Below are positions 16,971 through 25,517 of a DNA stretch of 64,000 nucleotides, piece by piece (the first letter of the stretch is position 1; every line of letters begins with the position of its first letter). A program made the translations under genes and the position numbers. The notes under the pieces are model-generated. The model worked only from the letters and a program-made list of their open reading frames with translations. It made no database searches and was not told the DNA's origin. Source of the DNA: an uncultured virus (IMG/VR IMGVR_UViG_3300027833_000041) (lineage: Duplodnaviria; Heunggongvirae; Uroviricota; Caudoviricetes); the IMG/VR virus record IMGVR_UViG_3300027833_000041, one strand, 5' to 3'.

Positions 16971-19907
16971 ATGGCAAACGAATTTATAGTAAGGAAAGGA
17001 TTAATAGTAGAAGGAGCCTCGGGTGGTACTGTTGTAGACATACAAGGTTCTCAAGGGCAGCTTTTCTCAGTAACAGATGATCTTAGCGGTAGCATATTCG
17101 CGGTGTCAGATATATCAGGTGTACCGATATTTGATGTTAACTCAAGCGGTGTATCTTATTTTGATGGCAACGTTGGGATCGGGACGACTAGTCCTGATGC
17201 TAAACTTGAAGTAGCTGGAGGATCAACAGGAATAATATTATCTAATTTAGGAGATTCTTCGGCTTACGATGCTGTAAGAATTACTTATAGCGGTTACAAT
17301 TCAGGCACGCCTGAGTTTGTATTTCAACCTAAAACAGCACCAGGAAGCGGAACTACTAATACTTACTTTAGATTTAAAACACAAGGTTCTGTTGGACAAA
17401 ATATAGCTAACGTAACAGTTGATGGTAAAGTTGGTATCGGTACACCAACTCCTGGCTCTAAATTAAGCATAGATTCGGTGCAACAAGATGCACTTTCAAT
17501 AAACTCAAGCGATGGCGACGGACCCTATGCGGTTTGGAAAAGACAGAATGGTAATTTAGGTTTTGTTGGAAACGCTAATGCTTTATCACTGTCTGGTAAT
17601 ACTAACTTTGGAGTTAGAGCAACAAATAACCTTGTTTTTGCAGCAGGAGGTTCTACGGAAAGAATGCGTATCACTTCAGGTGGCAACGTCGGTATCGGGA
17701 CGACTAGTCCTAGTGTCAAATTTCAGGTAGACGCTGGATCAAATATAGCTTCTTTTAGATCGGTTGGTAGTGGGCAAAATAATAAAGAGTTTTTAATACA
17801 AACCGGAGGAGATAGAGTAGTTCTTGACTCTAAGAACGCAGACGATGGTACCGCCGCGGCACTAGCGTTTGAATTAGGTAGTTCTGAAAAAATGCGTATC
17901 ATTGCATCAGGCAACGTGGGTATTGGTACTACTAGTCCTCAAGTTAAACTTCACGTAGAAGGACGTATAAGATCAACTTACGATGGTAATACAGCTTGGT
18001 ATAGCGGCAATTACGTTAGATTATTTAACTCGCAGTCATTTGGGTTCTTAAACTCTAGCGGAAGCAGCATAGCTCAGATAAATTTAAATGGCAATTCTTA
18101 CTTTAACGGCGGCAATGTAGGTATCGGGACTACTGCTCCTTCTGATCCACTACATATATCTAGCGGAGGCACTGATGACTTTATTAGAATAGATAATACA
18201 AATACCTTTACGGGTCTTTGGATGAATGATTCAGGCACTAATAATGGGTGGCTTGTTATGTCTGGATATACAAATGTAGCATCTCCAGGTGATTTTGCAA
18301 TAAGAGAATATGGAGTACAAACTTCATTAGTTATTAAACAGACTACCGGCAACGTTGGGATTGGGACGACTAGTCCAGGAGCTAAGTTGGAAATAGTAGA
18401 TGTAAGTAATCCAGGCGCAACTTCTGGTTCTGTAATAATTGAAGGGCGCAGAGATGGCTCGCCAAATGTTTTAACATTACGAGCTAAAGACGCTTCGGAT
18501 CCTACAGACGCTATTAGAGATGGTCAAGGACCTGTTGTAAGATTTCAGGGTTTTGACGGCACTGATTTTGAAAACATGGGGTATATCCAAGTTGCTGCTG
18601 ATGGTCAGGCAATAGCTGATTCAGACGCTCCAAGTTTTATGGGTTTTGGGACAAGCGCCGATGGCTCAAGCGCACCTACGGAAAAAATGCGTATTACCTC
18701 AGGTGGCAACGTGGGTATTGGGACTACTAGTCCAGGGTCTAAGCTACATATAAAAGGATCTGACCCTATACTATTAATACAAGATGATTCTACAGGAACA
18801 GCACAAGCAAGTTCAACACTGCGCTTAGGTGAATCCGGAGCTGGTGGTGTTTTAGATGTTTATTGGGATATAAAACAAGCAGCAGATAATTTAAATACAC
18901 ATTTAGAGATAAACCACAGTTCCAATGGAAATCATTTAACAATACTTGATAACGGCAACGTTGGTATTGGGACGACTAGTCCTACACACAAGCTGCACGT
19001 AAACGGATCAGCAAACAATGCCGATATTGGTATTCACATTCAGAATACTTTTGATGATAACGATGCTAACAGCGAACCTAACGCAGGTCTATTCTTAAAT
19101 GCTGCAAGTAACAATGGGTATTTAAGAGTTCACGGTGCACCTGCTAATACAGCAGCCAAGCATCAAATAGACTTAGGTTCTACAGCAGGTGATTCTTTCT
19201 TAACATTTAGTCCAAATAGTGGTACAGGCGGAGAGAAGATGCGTATTACCGCAGGAGGTAACGTTGGCATCGGGACTGCTGCGCCTACGCACAAGCTGCA
19301 CATAAACGGTGATATGCGCTTGACTGGTGCATTGCGGGACAGTAACAACGCTCCGGGTAGTGCGGGACAGGTGTTAAGCTCCACAGGAAGTGCTACAGAC
19401 TGGATACCACTACCGGCAACCACTACTATATACACGCCTAAGGTTTACAACTTAAACAATTCAACTAACATCAATAGCCAAGGCCAAAAGCTAGTACCGG
19501 ACTTTGGCACTTTAGAGATTGAAGGTAATACTACCATACAACAAGTTAGTAACAGTGACACTGATTTCCAGGTAACCGGTGAAAACACGGGTATATATGA
19601 AGTAACCTATGCTGTGTTCTATAAAAACACGGGTAACCAGCGTACACCGCTAGGCACATACCTAACATTAAACGGTACTGCAGTAAACGGTTCGCTTATG
19701 GTGAATTATGTAAGGTCAAATGTAGCAGGTGGTGGTAACTTTTCAAGCTGCACAAACACTTTCTATGTAAACGTAACAGACGCATCCCACCCTATAGCTT
19801 TATGTGTTAGGAGAGCGGACAGCTCAACCGCGCCTTCGGGAATTAGCATGGTAGAGCCTGCAGGCATGGCGGTAAAAAGCACAATATCGTTCAGAAGAAT
19901 ATCTTAA
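16971..19907 (+). CDS. Second long tail fibre with 9 G(N/K)VGIGT modules
   Basis: Repeats counted; N-terminus paralogous to 9063..12758. Confidence 0.85.
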   Translation: MANEFIVRKGLIVEGASGGTVVDIQGSQGQLFSVTDDLSGSIFAVSDISGVPIFDVNSSGVSYFDGNVGIGTTSPDAKLEVAGGSTGIILSNLGDSSAYDAVRITYSGYNSGTPEFVFQPKTAPGSGTTNTYFRFKTQGSVGQNIANVTVDGKVGIGTPTPGSKLSIDSVQQDALSINSSDGDGPYAVWKRQNGNLGFVGNANALSLSGNTNFGVRATNNLVFAAGGSTERMRITSGGNVGIGTTSPSVKFQVDAGSNIASFRSVGSGQNNKEFLIQTGGDRVVLDSKNADDGTAAALAFELGSSEKMRIIASGNVGIGTTSPQVKLHVEGRIRSTYDGNTAWYSGNYVRLFNSQSFGFLNSSGSSIAQINLNGNSYFNGGNVGIGTTAPSDPLHISSGGTDDFIRIDNTNTFTGLWMNDSGTNNGWLVMSGYTNVASPGDFAIREYGVQTSLVIKQTTGNVGIGTTSPGAKLEIVDVSNPGATSGSVIIEGRRDGSPNVLTLRAKDASDPTDAIRDGQGPVVRFQGFDGTDFENMGYIQVAADGQAIADSDAPSFMGFGTSADGSSAPTEKMRITSGGNVGIGTTSPGSKLHIKGSDPILLIQDDSTGTAQASSTLRLGESGAGGVLDVYWDIKQAADNLNTHLEINHSSNGNHLTILDNGNVGIGTTSPTHKLHVNGSANNADIGIHIQNTFDDNDANSEPNAGLFLNAASNNGYLRVHGAPANTAAKHQIDLGSTAGDSFLTFSPNSGTGGEKMRITAGGNVGIGTAAPTHKLHINGDMRLTGALRDSNNAPGSAGQVLSSTGSATDWIPLPATTTIYTPKVYNLNNSTNINSQGQKLVPDFGTLEIEGNTTIQQVSNSDTDFQVTGENTGIYEVTYAVFYKNTGNQRTPLGTYLTLNGTAVNGSLMVNYVRSNVAGGGNFSSCTNTFYVNVTDASHPIALCVRRADSSTAPSGISMVEPAGMAVKSTISFRRIS

Positions 19908-19928
19908 ATAAATAAATAAAACAAAAAA

Positions 19929-20279
19929 ATGGCAACAACTTACACATGGGATTGCAGAACAGTAGACGTGCACCCTACACAAGAAGGCGAATCAGACGTA
20001 GTATACAATGTACACTGGCGTTTAACCGGGACTTCAGACCAGCTCGATCCAAACGATAACCCTTATGCAGTAACAAACATTGGTACTCAAACAATTGACA
20101 CAAGTGATTTGTCGGACTTTACGCCAATTGCGGATGTAACAAACGAAGAAGTTACAGGGTGGGTAGAAACAGCAATGGGTGCAGATGCAGTAACAGCGAT
20201 GAAAGCTGGTATTCAATCATCTATTGATTTATTGATTACACCAACTTCTGTAACCATGCAAATCGGTGGTGGTGAGTAA
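19929..20279 (+). CDS. Tail-fibre-associated small protein
   Basis: Follows the fibre gene; DVVYNVHW pattern recalled from marine phage tail modules. Confidence 0.6.
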   Translation: MATTYTWDCRTVDVHPTQEGESDVVYNVHWRLTGTSDQLDPNDNPYAVTNIGTQTIDTSDLSDFTPIADVTNEEVTGWVETAMGADAVTAMKAGIQSSIDLLITPTSVTMQIGGGE

Positions 20280-20679
20280 GCTACTTAACTTACTTACCGG
20301 CGGCGGTACTTCGCTTATAGACAAAGCAGTCGAAGTGGCTGATAAGTTTATAGAAACCCCTGAGGAGAAGAAAGCTTTTATTGAAAAAGCATACGAACAG
20401 GAAGTAGAAGACCGTCGCGCTGCACGCGATCTAGGGAAGAATAAAGCAACACCTGACATACTTACATATGTAACGTTAGTTATTGCGTTAGGATTGGCCA
20501 CAGCTATCTTCACGGACTTCCTAGACTGGAAAAACCTTACTGAAGTACAGAAAGGATTGATAACTACATTTAGTGGTTTCTTCCTGCGTACATTAGGTGA
20601 TGTTTACGGTTATTGGTTCGGCTCTTCAATGGGTTCAAGCGATAAGACTAAAGACTTAACTAAGTTGATGCGCAAGTAA
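20266..20679 (+). CDS. Putative holin / membrane protein
   Basis: Two hydrophobic helices, YWFGSS motif, basic C-terminus. Confidence 0.6.
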   Translation: MVVSKLLNLLTGGGTSLIDKAVEVADKFIETPEEKKAFIEKAYEQEVEDRRAARDLGKNKATPDILTYVTLVIALGLATAIFTDFLDWKNLTEVQKGLITTFSGFFLRTLGDVYGYWFGSSMGSSDKTKDLTKLMRK

Positions 20680-20723
20680 TTATAGAATAATAGGTAAACC
20701 AAGTATAACTAAAAAATAACCAA

Positions 20724-21008
20724 ATGACTTTTTATTACCGTACTACCACTACGTCAAGTGGTAACCAACAAGTATCCGAAGAAACCAAAGCCTTTTGGCA
20801 GCAAGCCTCGGATAAAAAGAACTGGAGAATAGTTCAATTACCCAATGGCTACTTCCAAACAGAATTGCAATGGGAAGATAAGTGGAATGACGTAACTCGT
20901 CGGGAAACAGTAGACGGAGCTGAAGCAGCAATAGACACTTCAGTAGATCACTACAAAAACAAGCTTGAATTTATACAAGGGCCTAAGGTCGTTAAAACGT
21001 TCGAGTAA
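20724..21008 (+). CDS. Hypothetical protein
   Basis: ORF track. Confidence 0.75.
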   Translation: MTFYYRTTTTSSGNQQVSEETKAFWQQASDKKNWRIVQLPNGYFQTELQWEDKWNDVTRRETVDGAEAAIDTSVDHYKNKLEFIQGPKVVKTFE

Positions 21009-21034
21009 GTAACAATCTAATTTAATTTAATCTA

Positions 21035-22600
21035 ATGCAATACAACAACCCCAGCGAGATCGTCAAAGATCTTACGTTTGGCCATACAGCCAACGAAAAA
21101 ATTATGTCCGGCGTCGAAAAGTTAACAAGCGCAGTGAAGTCTACTTTAGGAGCTTCAGGTAAATGCGTTATATACGAAGACGCTATGGGCCGACCGGTCA
21201 TTACAAAAGACGGTGTAACCGTTGCGGAAAGCGTAGTCTTACGTGATCCGGTCGAAAATATAGGTGCAACCTTAATTAAGGAAGCGGCTGCAAACACTGT
21301 GCGTGAAGCGGGTGACGGTACTACAACAGCTACCGTCCTCGCTCATGCTATTTTGAAAGAAATTAATAAACACAAAAATGAAGGGCAAACTAGAAACGTT
21401 AAAACAGGCATTCAAGACTGTGCTGAAGAAGTTATGGTTTATCTTAACGACGCCAGTATTCCGGTTGCAGATCAAATGCTACAACAAGTTGCTTACATTA
21501 GCTGTAACAACGATAAAGCGCTTGGAGACAAAATTGGAGAAGCTTTCGGCAAAGTTGGAGCGGATGGCGTCGTTTTGATGGAAGAGTCCGATACAAATGA
21601 AACTTATGTTGATTTTGTTGAGGGCACACAATTTGATTCTGGTCTTAAGTCACCACACCTTGTTACGAATAAGGATAAAGGCATTGCTGAACTTGACAAC
21701 CCTTTGGTACTTATCGTAGCATCGGAAATACCAAACATTCGTCGCATTCAATCTATACTAGAGTTTGCGATTAAAAACAACCGAGCACTTTTAGTTATTG
21801 CAGGTATGGATCAACAACCGTACCAAACGCTACTAGCAAACAAAGTGAAAGGTAACATTAAGATTAACATCGTTGACGTGCCGGGCTTTGGCCCTACAAA
21901 GCAAGATACTATTGAAGACTTAGCTTTACTTACGGGCGCAACGATTATAAATGAGCAGCTTGGCGACGATTTAGATTTAATCGACCCATCAGTACTAGGC
22001 TCAGCAGTTAAGTCTGTAACAAACAATAAAAGCACAGTCCTGCAAGTTGATGTGGACAAAGAAGTACTAGAAGATCGCATTAAAGATGTACGTAAGAAGA
22101 TTAGTGAAGAAACTAACACTTTCTTTAAAGGTAAGCTCGAACAGCGGTTATCCATGCTATCCGGCAGTGTCGGGATCGTATATGTTGGGGCTGACTCGCA
22201 AGTCGAACTAAAAGAAAAGAAAGATAGAGTTGAAGATGCTATCTATGCTGTGCAAGCAGCTTTGAAAGAAGGTATTGTGCCCGGTGGCGGTACTGCGCTT
22301 CTACAGGCTTCTCAAGCTATCAAAAGCAAAGGCTTAGGCTACGACATTCTGTTAAGTGCTATACGCGCACCGTTTAATGTTATATTGGACAACGCTGGCA
22401 TTAAATTTTCTGGTAGCTTAACAACCAAGCACGACGGTATTGATGCTTCTACTGGTGAGCGCGTTAATATGATTAAGAAGGGTATTATTGACCCAGTGTT
22501 AGTTACTAAGACGGCTTTAAAGAATGCGGTAAGTGTTGCCACCACGATTACGTCTGCAGATTGTATAATCTCTAATATGCGTATCGATGCAAGCAATTAA
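21035..22600 (+). CDS. groL: Phage chaperonin GroEL (Cpn60)
   Basis: ITKDGVTVA, GDGTTTAT, GIVPGGG and GIIDP motifs. Confidence 0.97.
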   Translation: MQYNNPSEIVKDLTFGHTANEKIMSGVEKLTSAVKSTLGASGKCVIYEDAMGRPVITKDGVTVAESVVLRDPVENIGATLIKEAAANTVREAGDGTTTATVLAHAILKEINKHKNEGQTRNVKTGIQDCAEEVMVYLNDASIPVADQMLQQVAYISCNNDKALGDKIGEAFGKVGADGVVLMEESDTNETYVDFVEGTQFDSGLKSPHLVTNKDKGIAELDNPLVLIVASEIPNIRRIQSILEFAIKNNRALLVIAGMDQQPYQTLLANKVKGNIKINIVDVPGFGPTKQDTIEDLALLTGATIINEQLGDDLDLIDPSVLGSAVKSVTNNKSTVLQVDVDKEVLEDRIKDVRKKISEETNTFFKGKLEQRLSMLSGSVGIVYVGADSQVELKEKKDRVEDAIYAVQAALKEGIVPGGGTALLQASQAIKSKGLGYDILLSAIRAPFNVILDNAGIKFSGSLTTKHDGIDASTGERVNMIKKGIIDPVLVTKTALKNAVSVATTITSADCIISNMRIDASN

Positions 22601-22844
22601 CCACTATATAGTAATACGTAAGATTAAAGAGGCGCCGGTGAAAGTTGGTGGCCTCGAACTTACGGAAGACCAGAACAAAGACGTGCGCTATTTAAAAGCT
22701 GAAATCGTTAGCGTTGGTGACAAAGTTACGATGCTAGCACCTGGTAATATTATTAGGTACGATAAGCACGCTGGTCACGGTATCGAATGGAACGAAGATT
22801 TGTTCCACGTTATTAACCTCGGGGATGTTGTCATTGTAGAATGA
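22587..22844 (+). CDS. groS: Co-chaperonin GroES (Cpn10)
   Basis: GGL mobile loop, AEIVSVGD; adjacent to groL. Confidence 0.85.
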   Translation: MQAINHYIVIRKIKEAPVKVGGLELTEDQNKDVRYLKAEIVSVGDKVTMLAPGNIIRYDKHAGHGIEWNEDLFHVINLGDVVIVE

Positions 22845-23281
22845 AAATAGAACCGAGTGACTTGCGCGATATGAATTTGTTTAAGTATTACAGGCTCGTT
22901 AGGAAATGGGCTTGTAAGACTTACGGCATAACAGATGCGGATCTTGAACTGCTTATCTATTTAGATTGCAAAGACAGGTTTACGCGTAATGATTTTATTA
23001 ACGGTACATACACCTACGCGTGGGATAAAAGACGGTGGGAACGGTTACGTCAGAACGATTGGATCGAAGTATGGCGCCATAGGAATAAAACAACGATTAA
23101 ATACAGTGTTTTTAAAGTGTCACAAAAGACGCGGAGATTGATAACACGCATGTACAATATAATGTTAGGCTACGAGGATATGCCTATAGGACCTTCAAGT
23201 AAGTTTTATAAAAACAAATCGTATACAGATAAAGTCTATAACAAGGCTATAGATGATATGATAAAAGATAAAGAACGATGA
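22841..23281 (+). CDS. Putative winged-helix DNA-binding protein
   Basis: GITDADLELLIYL...RLRQNDWIEV, MarR-like pattern. Confidence 0.55.
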   Translation: MKIEPSDLRDMNLFKYYRLVRKWACKTYGITDADLELLIYLDCKDRFTRNDFINGTYTYAWDKRRWERLRQNDWIEVWRHRNKTTIKYSVFKVSQKTRRLITRMYNIMLGYEDMPIGPSSKFYKNKSYTDKVYNKAIDDMIKDKER

Positions 23282-23439
23282 TGTACTCTAAACCTATTAC
23301 GCAAAGAGCTAAATGTAATTACGGCTCAATGCCTGCGACACAAGAAGTAACTATTGATGCTGGTGGTAAAACACCTGGTAACTTTGAAGCTTCACCAATG
23401 AAAATGAAAGGCGGCTGTGGCTGCGGTTGCGGAAAGTAA
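23278..23439 (+). CDS. 53-aa protein ending SPMKMKGGCGCGCGK
   Basis: Translated by hand; overlaps the upstream stop and downstream start (ATGA/TAATG). Confidence 0.7.
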   Translation: MMYSKPITQRAKCNYGSMPATQEVTIDAGGKTPGNFEASPMKMKGGCGCGCGK

Positions 23440-23792
23440 TGTTTAAACTTAAGAACAAAGAGATGCTGTTTGGCATCAATAAAGAAGCGTCAGAACACGG
23501 AACACCAGTGTTTGAAAAGCAGTTAGGCGACGGCATACAGGCTGAAGCTAATCGTGACGGAACCATATTTGTTCAAAAGGGTTTGTCGCAAGACAAGGTT
23601 AATAAAGCTGTTGAACACGAAAAAGTACACCTTGACCAAATGGCTCAGGGTAAACTTGGTTACACCGCGGACACAGTAACGTGGAAGAAGGACACTCGTT
23701 CACCAGCCAGAGTATATACAAGGCAAACAATGCCTGAAGGTGCTCACGGATTACCGTGGGAAGCAGAAGCATATCAGAAAACTAAAAAATAA
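23439..23792 (+). CDS. Small zincin-like metallopeptidase
   Basis: HEKVH plus downstream PWEAEAY; start moved to ATG 23439. Confidence 0.75.
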   Translation: MFKLKNKEMLFGINKEASEHGTPVFEKQLGDGIQAEANRDGTIFVQKGLSQDKVNKAVEHEKVHLDQMAQGKLGYTADTVTWKKDTRSPARVYTRQTMPEGAHGLPWEAEAYQKTKK

Positions 23793-23793
23793 C

Positions 23794-23852
23794 GGGGTTT
23801 ACATCGGGCGTGTAGGAAAAGGAATCGCTACCTTATTTTATTGCCCGTCCCC
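23794..23852 (+). other. GC-rich intergenic nested stem-loop
   Basis: GGGG/CCCC, CGGGCG/TGCCCG and AAGG/CCTT pairings. Confidence 0.5.
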
Positions 23853-23866
23853 ATTTTCACTACATT

Positions 23867-24154
23867 ATGGCATACGTACAAGAATCTTCACCTTTTAGAA
23901 AGCTGAAGAAAACAACAAAAGGTAAAGGACGCCACTTTCTAAGCGCTAAAGAAGGTGCTGGAATGACATCAGCGGGGCGTAAGGCTTACAACAGAGAGAC
24001 GGGTGGTAACCTTAAGGCTCCACAGCCTAAAGGCGGTAAGCGCCGTACATCGTATTGCGCCCGCTCAAAAGGGCAAATGCAAATGCACAACATTAACTGT
24101 TCGAAAACACCGGACAAACGCATCTGCGCAGCACGCCGTAGATGGAACTGCTAA
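23867..24154 (+). CDS. Small basic protein (SYCAR...RRRWNC)
   Basis: ORF track; N-terminal SSPFRK. Confidence 0.8.
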   Translation: MAYVQESSPFRKLKKTTKGKGRHFLSAKEGAGMTSAGRKAYNRETGGNLKAPQPKGGKRRTSYCARSKGQMQMHNINCSKTPDKRICAARRRWNC

Positions 24155-24247
24155 TTTAACTTTTATTACCACGTAACCGACTTGTAACGAGTGAATAACG
24201 CGTAATAATAACCGTAACAATAATTCAATTATATTAAACCAAAAAAA

Positions 24248-24511
24248 ATGAAAAAAGTGGAAGACGCAAAAGTAGAAAAGATCACAGCTGAAGAACTTGA
24301 AAAGCTTCAAGGCTTTGTGCAGGGAATGAACCAAGCTCAATTGAACATTGGTGGATTAGAAGCACAAAAAATGGAACTACTAAACCAAGTAGCCCAAATT
24401 AAAGAAATGCTAAATGAATTCCAAGCTGATTTAGAAAAATCTTACGGCAAAGTAAGCGTTAGCTTAGTTGACGGAACTATTTCTGAAGATGCAGATAATA
24501 AGGAAGATTAG
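24248..24511 (+). CDS. Coiled-coil hypothetical protein
   Basis: Heptad pattern. Confidence 0.75.
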   Translation: MKKVEDAKVEKITAEELEKLQGFVQGMNQAQLNIGGLEAQKMELLNQVAQIKEMLNEFQADLEKSYGKVSVSLVDGTISEDADNKED

Positions 24512-24707
24512 TGTAGGAAAAGACTATAAGAATGACGCCATGCACTATTCTGTTGGACAGGAAGTGTATGGTGGTCATACTATAGTTAATATTATAGAGG
24601 AGGAAGCAAAGTACTCTATCTATATTCAGAAAGCTGATAATGTAATGCCATGGAAAGATTTTAATAAGAACATGGCAGTATCTGTAGAATACGATCTTAA
24701 TTGGTAA
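24489..24707 (+). CDS. Hypothetical protein (MQIIRKISVGKDYK...)
   Basis: Start moved to ATG 24489. Confidence 0.75.
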   Translation: MQIIRKISVGKDYKNDAMHYSVGQEVYGGHTIVNIIEEEAKYSIYIQKADNVMPWKDFNKNMAVSVEYDLNW

Positions 24708-25297
24708 TGCAAAGCATATTTAACTTTATCGTGGCACCAAAGCACGGTAGATCTACATCGAAGAAAGATATAGGTGGCAAAGAGTTACTATTAAATACAG
24801 AAGTACAAAACCACCATTATACTAGCAGGTTAGGTGTTGTAACAAATACACCTTTAGCTATTGATTCAGAAATAAAAATTGGTGACGAAGTAATCGTTCA
24901 CCATAACGTATTTAGACGCTTTCGCGACATTAGAGGTAAAGAAAAGAACTCTAAGGCATATTACAAAGAAGACGCATTCTTTGTGCAACCGGATCAGATT
25001 TATGCTTACAAAAGAAACACGGAGTGGCAAGCGCTAGATGGTTACTGCTTCGTTAAACCTATAGTAGCAAAAGAGACGTTTGATATGCATAACGAGCAGC
25101 CTGCAATAGGCATTGTAAAATATGCTAGTGGAGAGCTTGAAGAAGGTGCACTTATAGGGTTCAAACCCGGTATGGAATACGAATTTAATATAGAGGGCGA
25201 ACGATTGTATCGTATACCCACCAATCAAATTACAATCGAATATGAGTATCAAGGAGACGAAAAAGAGTATAATCCTAGCTGGTCACAGAGCTGTTGA
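24707..25297 (+). CDS. Putative tandem GroES-like protein
   Basis: Two halves: NFIVAP...GVVTNTP...IKIGDEVIVH and YCFVKP...GIVKY...EGALIGF. Confidence 0.55.
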   Translation: MQSIFNFIVAPKHGRSTSKKDIGGKELLLNTEVQNHHYTSRLGVVTNTPLAIDSEIKIGDEVIVHHNVFRRFRDIRGKEKNSKAYYKEDAFFVQPDQIYAYKRNTEWQALDGYCFVKPIVAKETFDMHNEQPAIGIVKYASGELEEGALIGFKPGMEYEFNIEGERLYRIPTNQITIEYEYQGDEKEYNPSWSQSC

Positions 25298-25517
25298 TGA
25301 ACTCATTAAAGTCGCGCAAGAGAAAATCATTACTAATACAGAAGATGATGTATCTGCAGACCGATTAAAAAACGCTGCTGCTACTAAGAAGTTGGCGATA
25401 TTCGACGCATTTGAAATATTAAATCGCATACAAGAAGAAGAACGTATACTACAAAACAAACCAGCGGAAGAAAAGAAAGAAGCTTTTAAAGGATTTGCTG
25501 AAAGACGTTCTAAGTAA
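25242..25517 (+). CDS. Putative terminase small subunit
   Basis: Helical 91-aa protein coupled to the large terminase. Confidence 0.5.
   Translation: MSIKETKKSIILAGHRAVDELIKVAQEKIITNTEDDVSADRLKNAAATKKLAIFDAFEILNRIQEEERILQNKPAEEKKEAFKGFAERRSK

Noticed and set aside
8335..19435. Antisense ORFs within tail genes (e.g. 13592..14263)
   Set aside because: Shadows of G/T/A/S-rich sense codons; no independent signals
9063..19907. Diversity-generating retroelement or invertase shufflon
   Set aside because: No reverse transcriptase, no adenine-specific template/variable repeat pair, no recombinase gene, and all modules are in direct orientation
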